Shown here: one piece after another, positions 57,893 through 64,000 of the stretch
Position numbering within the stretch: position 1 is the first letter of the stretch
How the letters are laid out: every line of letters begins with the position of its first letter
Origin: Anthoceros angustus
Lineage: Eukaryota > Plantae > Anthocerotophyta
Reading direction: 5' to 3'
Assembly: GCA_010909165.1 (NCBI GenBank)
Contig: MU008164.1
Span: 186,001-250,000 of the forward strand
Length of the DNA stretch: 64,000 bases
Translations under genes and position numbers: made by a program
The notes under the pieces: model-generated
The model's database searches: none
Told to the model about the DNA's origin: nothing
The model's input: the letters and a program-made list of their open reading frames with translations, nothing else

Positions 57893-60017
57893 ATGCAGGC
57901 AGCCAGGAGCAGCCTCAGCTGCTGCAATTCTACTAGGGGGAACATGCTGCTAGGCTTGCCCAAAGCATGCTTTCCTCCTGCCAAGCAGGCTGTGGGCTTC
58001 ACCCCTTTTCTCCCAGGGACCCACAAACTCCTCCTTCCCTGCTCTACCTTGTTGCAAGGCAAGTTCATTTGTAGTCTGGAAATGACTACCAGGCCTGGAA
58101 TGGAAGTTCTGAGATGGAGATCGGCAGACTGAATAAATTGTCCGCGGTGTTACAGCTGACAGGCCGCATCATCGAATGCAACCTCACTCACCGAGATGTG
58201 TTGTCGGAACTGAGCAACTGTATAGCATCCTGCAACTTATCTCTTCCGCTATCCTTTTTTGTGGTGATGTTCGAGATGGTTTCCAGTCATTCTTCGTACC
58301 TATCATTGCAGCTATGGTGCTGCTTCCATCCAGGGAACAGGAAGGCCGACTATGGAGGATACGTACAGTGTTGTAACGGAAAAGAGATGCTCAGAGCCCC
58401 TCTTTTTTGGGGTCTTCGATGGGCACGGTGGGGCTGCTGTTGCTGAGTAAGGAGTACTTTCTGCTCTAGGATTCTTCTTTGGTACCACATTCATGAGATA
58501 TGTAGATTACGGACTAAAGGTGAAATATCAACATGCTGTGCAGGATGCTGAAGACTAATTTCTGGCCTGTGTACAAGAGGAACCTCTCAGGTGGTGGGAT
58601 CCTTCCTGTGTGCTTGTATTCTTCTGATAAGTTGGTGCAGTCTTTCTCATTGCAAGATGCAGCCAGTCCTGTATATTTACACTTTCGTTTGTTTGCTGCA
58701 GGACCTGATCTGAAACGAGCCACTGTGGCTTCCTACCTAGAAGTGGACAAGAAAGCTCTGGTATGCCACTTAAGGCTCCTTTGCAGATTTCAGTGCCTAG
58801 CTGGATAGTCGTGCCTAGCAGCGTCTGGTTGATGGGCTCAAGTTTGTGCAGGCTCAGCCTCCTGGTCTGTTTGGTGCATTACGGGAACGTGGACTCGGTG
58901 GGTCTCGTTGTGGCTCCACAGCCGCGACAGTGGTGTTGCTAAGGGCACAAGGTCTGTACCACGGGAACTCAAAAGCACATGGGTCACCGATGTGTGCTTT
59001 TTGATGAAGGGTTCCTTGAAAACAGTGCACCATGCATGTCAGATGAGAAAGAGGTTCTCGTTGCTGCAAATGTTGGAGATGCACGAGTTGTTCTTGCAAG
59101 GGCAGGACAGGCCATTCAACTGACCTGCGATCACAAGGTGAAGAATGGTTGCAGGAAGAAGTTTTCATTGTTTTGTCGTGTAGAATCGGTGTTCCGTTGG
59201 GGCTGGAAGCCTAAATGTTTCAAATTTCTTTGTACAGCCAGATGTGGAGTCAGAAAGGAACAGGATAGAGGCCAAGAATCCTACACCCAAGAAACCTCTC
59301 GTAAGATCCTGGCTATACTGGACCAGGATGCTGCCACTTGTTCTTCCACTGTCGTGCCTACCTGATACTCGCACCTTGCAGGTGGTAAATGTTGGAGGGA
59401 CGTGGCGTGTAGGTGGTCTTCTTGCCCTCTCCCGTGCCTTTGGGGATGTCTATCTGAAAGAGTAGGTACTCAAATCTTCTGCTCCTTGCGCTGCTGTTCC
59501 ATACGAATTCTGGTTCGACTTCGATCCTGATTCCTTGTTTGTGAAGCTGGACTGATGGAAAACTGGAAGGTGCGAGCGGAGGCTTCGGCCTGACTGCTGA
59601 ACCGCATGTAGCTGTGGAGACCCTTTCACCCGGTACCTGAACTCTCTGAAACCTCTCTGCACCATTGCCAAGCTTAAGAGTACATCCAGCCCTGACACAT
59701 TCATCCTCCTGTCTCCAGAGAACCAGTTCGTCATCCTGGGTACTGATGGGCTCTGGGAGCATATCAGCAACCAAGAAGTTGTGGACATCTGCCTTAATTC
59801 TGGGTAAGTTCCGATTGGACTCTTGGCATTGGCAAAAGTGGTTTAACTGTAAAGAATTGATGTGCTCATCATCTTGTCTTGCAATCTCAGATCCAGCCGT
59901 TCTCTGAATGAGACCGCCGAGAATTTGGTGAAGCTAGCGCAGAAGCGAGGGACTACAGATGACATCACGGTTCTCATTGTTCGGTTAAACCAGGAGAGCG
60001 AGGTATCGGGTCCCTAG
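57893..60017 (+). CDS. Protein phosphatase 2C (multi-exon, probable organellar transit peptide)
   Basis: Exons encode GRPTMED, FFGVFDGHGG, CGSTA, ANVGDARVVL, LTCDHK/PD, GGLLALSRAFGD, TAEPHV, ILGTDGLW and TDDITVLIV; stop TAG 60015-60017. The 5' exon structure is less certain. Confidence 0.88.
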
Positions 60018-60612
60018 CTTCGTAGAAAGGCCACCCCAATGTCTGAAGTTTACCATAAACAAACGAAGTGCACAGCCCAGGGACGCCAACAGCTCTTGAC
60101 ACTGGTTCACATCCATCTCGTGCTACCGTAGTGGACAGCCATAGCGGTTTTGCTCCCACCAAACAAGGGTTGAATCAGCTGGTTTCCGAATGGAAGGACG
60201 ACGAGTATGTGCCGTTTGGATCAAGAAGAGGTAACCTTCTCGTGAATCGATTGAGCCAAACCGTTAGGTCAAAATAAAAAGCAGGTCTCTCAAATCCCAT
60301 ACTACTACTATCATGCGGGTAAAGATCCCACAACTGGTAGGCGGGTGAAGATCCCACGAAATACATACCTAGTATGCCGGTGAAGATCTCACAAAATGGA
60401 GGACTCCCCAAAAGACCAGGAACCCCAAACGGAGGACGTAGATCAGGAACGCAACAAAATAGAGGACTCCGCAAAAGTTCAGGACGCCAAAGCTAGAAAG
60501 CGAGCAGCTGCAAAGTAGTCAATCAACTTCAACTGCCCTAGAAGTTGAACAAGTCAAAATTCTATGGACCCGGAATGCTATACCCTGTAAACTACAGACC
60601 CCTTTGATGCCC

Positions 60613-62748
60613 TTAAAAACGTTTCTCGTTGGCGAGGTAAGTATAAGACTTGAAAGTGCGGTCCAAACGACTCATAATAATATCCGAGTCGTCGGGACAA
60701 GCCTCGCGACGGCTTTCTTCAACTCGCTCCTTCAGGACCTGGAGCATAGAATCAGGGTCGTGTTGCATCAGGCGCATGACGTCGGCTACAGCCTGTCCTT
60801 GCACACAATCCTCAATCTCATAGTTGGGAGCATGCACAGAATCCTTCTTCTTGTGCAACACATGCACTATGTTGGTATTCCCGAACAAATTGTGCATTCC
60901 ACCAAGGATTTCCTGGTAAGCTCCTGCAAGAAACATCCCCATAATGTATGCCCTGCCAGGCTGCAAGGCATGCACTTCCAGGTACCTTTTCTGTACGCCT
61001 TGTGCTTCCTTCCCAATGAAAGAAGAGACCCTCCCATCACTGTCGCAGGTAATGTCGCTGAAAACAGCCCGACTTGTCGGTTCCTCCTCAAGCCGGTGGA
61101 GCGGCACTATGGGAAACAGTTGGTCGATGGCCCAGTAATCCGGCATGGACTTGAAAACCGAGAGATTCACATGGTAAGTTGCGTTCACAGGGGATGAACC
61201 ATGCGCGGAGACCTTGCTGGATACATCATACTCGTTCTTGAGTCCGTCCGCCTGTGCTACACACTTTTGCTTGTTATGTTCAGCCTCCTTGACAGCAGCA
61301 ACGATCTCTTCACGAATGGTCTCCACGGCTGCACGAGCCTGAAGACTGACAAGGCCAAGGCTAAAGAGACGGGCACATTCGGTCCTCATTACTGCAGAGC
61401 ATTCCAGAGCTGCAAAGCAGTCGACGGATGCTTTCAGATCCTCGTGCATGCGGAGGATCTGCTCAGGCAGAGCCTCTGTACAGATGATATCGTCCGGCAC
61501 ATTCCACGCACCGGTACCTGCACAATTGCGTGCTGCCTTGGATCCCTGTACACCCTTGTGATGTCCTGAGAAAACATCAAATACGAGAACGGACTGGTGC
61601 GAGACAATGCCTCGTCCGCTCTCACAGCAAAGGATGGGGTGCTTAACATTCTTCAAGCTGCAAGCTTCTCCGATGGCACCGACCACCTCCTCTGCGTATT
61701 GCTCCATGGTGTACCCGATTGACATATCAGACGAGGAGTCATGAGATCCATCATAATCAACTCCAAGGCCCCCTCCAATGTCTATGATCCTCATATCAGC
61801 CCCCATCAGAGCGAGCCCGCAGAACAGATGAGCTGCTTCAGCAACACCCTCCTGCACAACTTCCAACGATGGGATCTGGGACCCAATGTGAAAGTGAAGA
61901 AGCTTCAAGCACTCCAGCATCCCATGTGTCCTGAGCTCCTCCACAACTCTCATGATGTGGGGAATCGACAATCCGAACTTCCCGTCATCGCCAGATGTGT
62001 CTCCCCAGTGGCCGCCGTGCTTGGTATTGAGCTTGGCCCGGAGGCCGATGACGGGCCTGACACCGAGCTCCTGGCTGGCTTTGATCACAACTTCCAGCTC
62101 TTCCACCTGCTCGAGGACGATGATCGCATTAAGCTTCATGTCCCGAGCTGTAAGCGCCAGAGCCACGTACTCATAATCCTTGTACCCATTACATATGAGC
62201 ATGGCACTGGGGCTTGCCTTGCACATGCACGACATGACAGTGAGCAGCTCGGGCTTGGACCCAGCCTCCAACCCGTAGTCGAAGTCCTTTCCGAAAGCCA
62301 CGATATCTTCCACAATCCGACGGTCCGGATTACACTTCACTGGAAAAACACCTCGAAACACCCCCTTGTACTGCCGGGCTGCAATGCCCCTCACAAACGC
62401 CCGCTGTAACGTCTCCAGTCTGTGCTTAAGGATATCCGGAAATCTGATAATAAGGGGCATCCTCATCCCCATCTTCACGACAGCGCCCTCCACCACATCC
62501 ATCAGGTCGATGCCTTCTTCAGGCTGGGTTTCCTGTCCGTGCGGATGCACGCATATGTGCCCCTTCTTATTCACCTTGAAGTACGGTGCCCCCCATCCGT
62601 CAACCTTGTAGATGTTGGCCGACTTTTCAACGCTCCAAGGCAGGCCAACTACTGCAGCGGCTCCGGCATTGGCTCCTTCATGACCAGCTTCAGCACATGC
62701 CTTACCAACCATGGCAGGAGTCACGGGGGTTGACATCTGGGCGGCCAT
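60613..62748 (-). CDS. ADC: Arginine decarboxylase (intronless)
   Basis: YKVDGWGAPYF, PLIIRFPDIL, GVFPVKCN (PLP lysine), GLEAGSKPEL, HFHIGSQI, DIGGGLG, ESGR, QLFPIVPLHRL, DITCDSDG, GAYQEILGGMHNLFG. Confidence 0.97.
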   Translation of the reverse strand: MAAQMSTPVTPAMVGKACAEAGHEGANAGAAAVVGLPWSVEKSANIYKVDGWGAPYFKVNKKGHICVHPHGQETQPEEGIDLMDVVEGAVVKMGMRMPLIIRFPDILKHRLETLQRAFVRGIAARQYKGVFRGVFPVKCNPDRRIVEDIVAFGKDFDYGLEAGSKPELLTVMSCMCKASPSAMLICNGYKDYEYVALALTARDMKLNAIIVLEQVEELEVVIKASQELGVRPVIGLRAKLNTKHGGHWGDTSGDDGKFGLSIPHIMRVVEELRTHGMLECLKLLHFHIGSQIPSLEVVQEGVAEAAHLFCGLALMGADMRIIDIGGGLGVDYDGSHDSSSDMSIGYTMEQYAEEVVGAIGEACSLKNVKHPILCCESGRGIVSHQSVLVFDVFSGHHKGVQGSKAARNCAGTGAWNVPDDIICTEALPEQILRMHEDLKASVDCFAALECSAVMRTECARLFSLGLVSLQARAAVETIREEIVAAVKEAEHNKQKCVAQADGLKNEYDVSSKVSAHGSSPVNATYHVNLSVFKSMPDYWAIDQLFPIVPLHRLEEEPTSRAVFSDITCDSDGRVSSFIGKEAQGVQKRYLEVHALQPGRAYIMGMFLAGAYQEILGGMHNLFGNTNIVHVLHKKKDSVHAPNYEIEDCVQGQAVADVMRLMQHDPDSMLQVLKERVEESRREACPDDSDIIMSRLDRTFKSYTYLANEKRF

Positions 62749-64000
62749 TTGGTGCTTTCAGCTGTCGTCCACAAATGCACACAGACTTGAGATCTCAGTT
62801 AACAGTGTCTTCTGTTTCACTTTTCACCACTGCCACTCCTGTACTGGCAGTGAAAACGGGATCTTGAAGGAGGAAGAACTGGAACGGCGGGCAGAAGCTG
62901 TGTGAAAGGTTAGCAATGTTAGCGGAAGCTCAAGAGGGTGCAAGCTTCCACGTTTTTTTGCAAGTTGCAGAGCACTACGTCTTCGTTCGTCCGGACGGAA
63001 GCAAAACCAACCCACCGCTAGCTGAAAACCTAGGTGCAACACAGCCCAACACGTTTGTCAGCCATCATAAAGCTTGCTGCAACACAGCAATGTGAGCTTT
63101 GTACAGCAAAGTTGATCTACACAAATAAGAGAACAGCAATTGGGCAGCAAAACGTTTTCAGGGCATACCAGCTGGCTCTCAGTAGGCTCCTTCCTACCAG
63201 TCCTTCAACGGAGCGGATCCGGATCCAGCAGCAACCGCAAGAATGTAGCAGTTCCTTGCAAAGCAAAAGCGCCGAGGTGTGCGCAGGCAAGCTTGCAGGC
63301 GGCTCGCAGCTGGCTCTGGATGGAAGAAGGGCAGAAAACGCTCAGAGGAGTCTGGATTAGAGAGGAGGGACGCTTGTAGAGGCGCTGCAACGGCTTTCAG
63401 CGAGGGTACGGCAGGGCACGTACACGAGCCCAGCATATGTGGAGGAATTCTGGGATATCCTGCTAGACCCTCCTGCCTGAAGGCAGGCCCAACTGGTGGG
63501 CACAGGCCAGGGTGGGCGGGAAGCTCCTGGAATTCTGAAGGTAACATCGATTTCAAACGTCCACAGCCTCCGGGACTTGAAGACTCTTGAGTCGTCTTCT
63601 ACAGACTGACGGCGACAGACCAAGCGAGTGCCAGCGCAAATTATTCCCGCTGCCCCCCCCCTAGCCCTGCACGTTGAACCACACCGACAACGGCGTCCGA
63701 GCGCGGCGGTGGCAAATGGGAGAGTCCAGCTCACAGACCTGTCGATAAATTGCACAAGACTGCTACTCCACCATATCACTAGTCTAACGTATATAGACTA
63801 CCTCGAGCGGCCACTCTCACATATATAGAGTACCTGGAGAGTAGATCGAGAGGCCTGGAGGGCTGTTCCACCTGCTTTGCACCTAAACAATTGGGACATA
63901 GAATTCATGCATTCCAAGCGCCTTGGGACTCAGGAGTGGAATTCATCTACAGACTTTGGATTGCAATCTACTAGCGAGCTTAGGCTAGACCTAGGGAAGA

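Noticed and set aside
63030-63068. uORF MMADKRVGLCCT upstream of ADC
   Set aside because: It overlaps a likely branch point and 3' splice site of a 5'-UTR intron, and there is no evidence it is in the mature mRNA.
63034-64000. Short ORFs at the right end
   Set aside because: No recognisable domains; probably ADC upstream or intergenic sequence.

Overview
Eukaryotic plant nuclear DNA, most likely a hornwort such as Anthoceros. This is inferred from DYW:KP-type PPR editing factors, short ~80-120 bp introns and very compact GC-rich genes. Left flank (1-4.3 kb): a broken receptor-like kinase fragment, a PLS-PPR-DYW:KP gene with an unexpected OSB-type PDF (ssDNA-binding) motif at its N-terminus, and a head-to-head Mpv17/PMP22 gene. 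Middle (~4.4-40.5 kb): a nested transposon island whose orientable elements all lie on the minus strand. It holds a Ty3/Gypsy element with a long 3' region carrying two paralogous accessory ORFs, a complete Copia with TA...CA LTRs and a CCTCG TSD, and a CRE-like non-LTR fragment. It also holds a second Copia with a three-exon antisense gene and a solo-LTR insertion, and an intron-containing Sola2-like DNA transposase. The island is full of small indels and tandem duplications, many probably long-read consensus errors. Right flank (41.9-62.7 kb): VARICOSE/EDC4, three adjacent PPR genes (DYW:KP, a decaying DYW:WW, PLS-only), a PP2C phosphatase and an intronless arginine decarboxylase. Best candidates for something undescribed: the PDF-PPR-DYW:KP fusion, the spliced antisense gene inside the Copia 3' region, and the duplicated Gypsy accessory ORFs. 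All family calls come from motif recognition by eye; no database searches were run.
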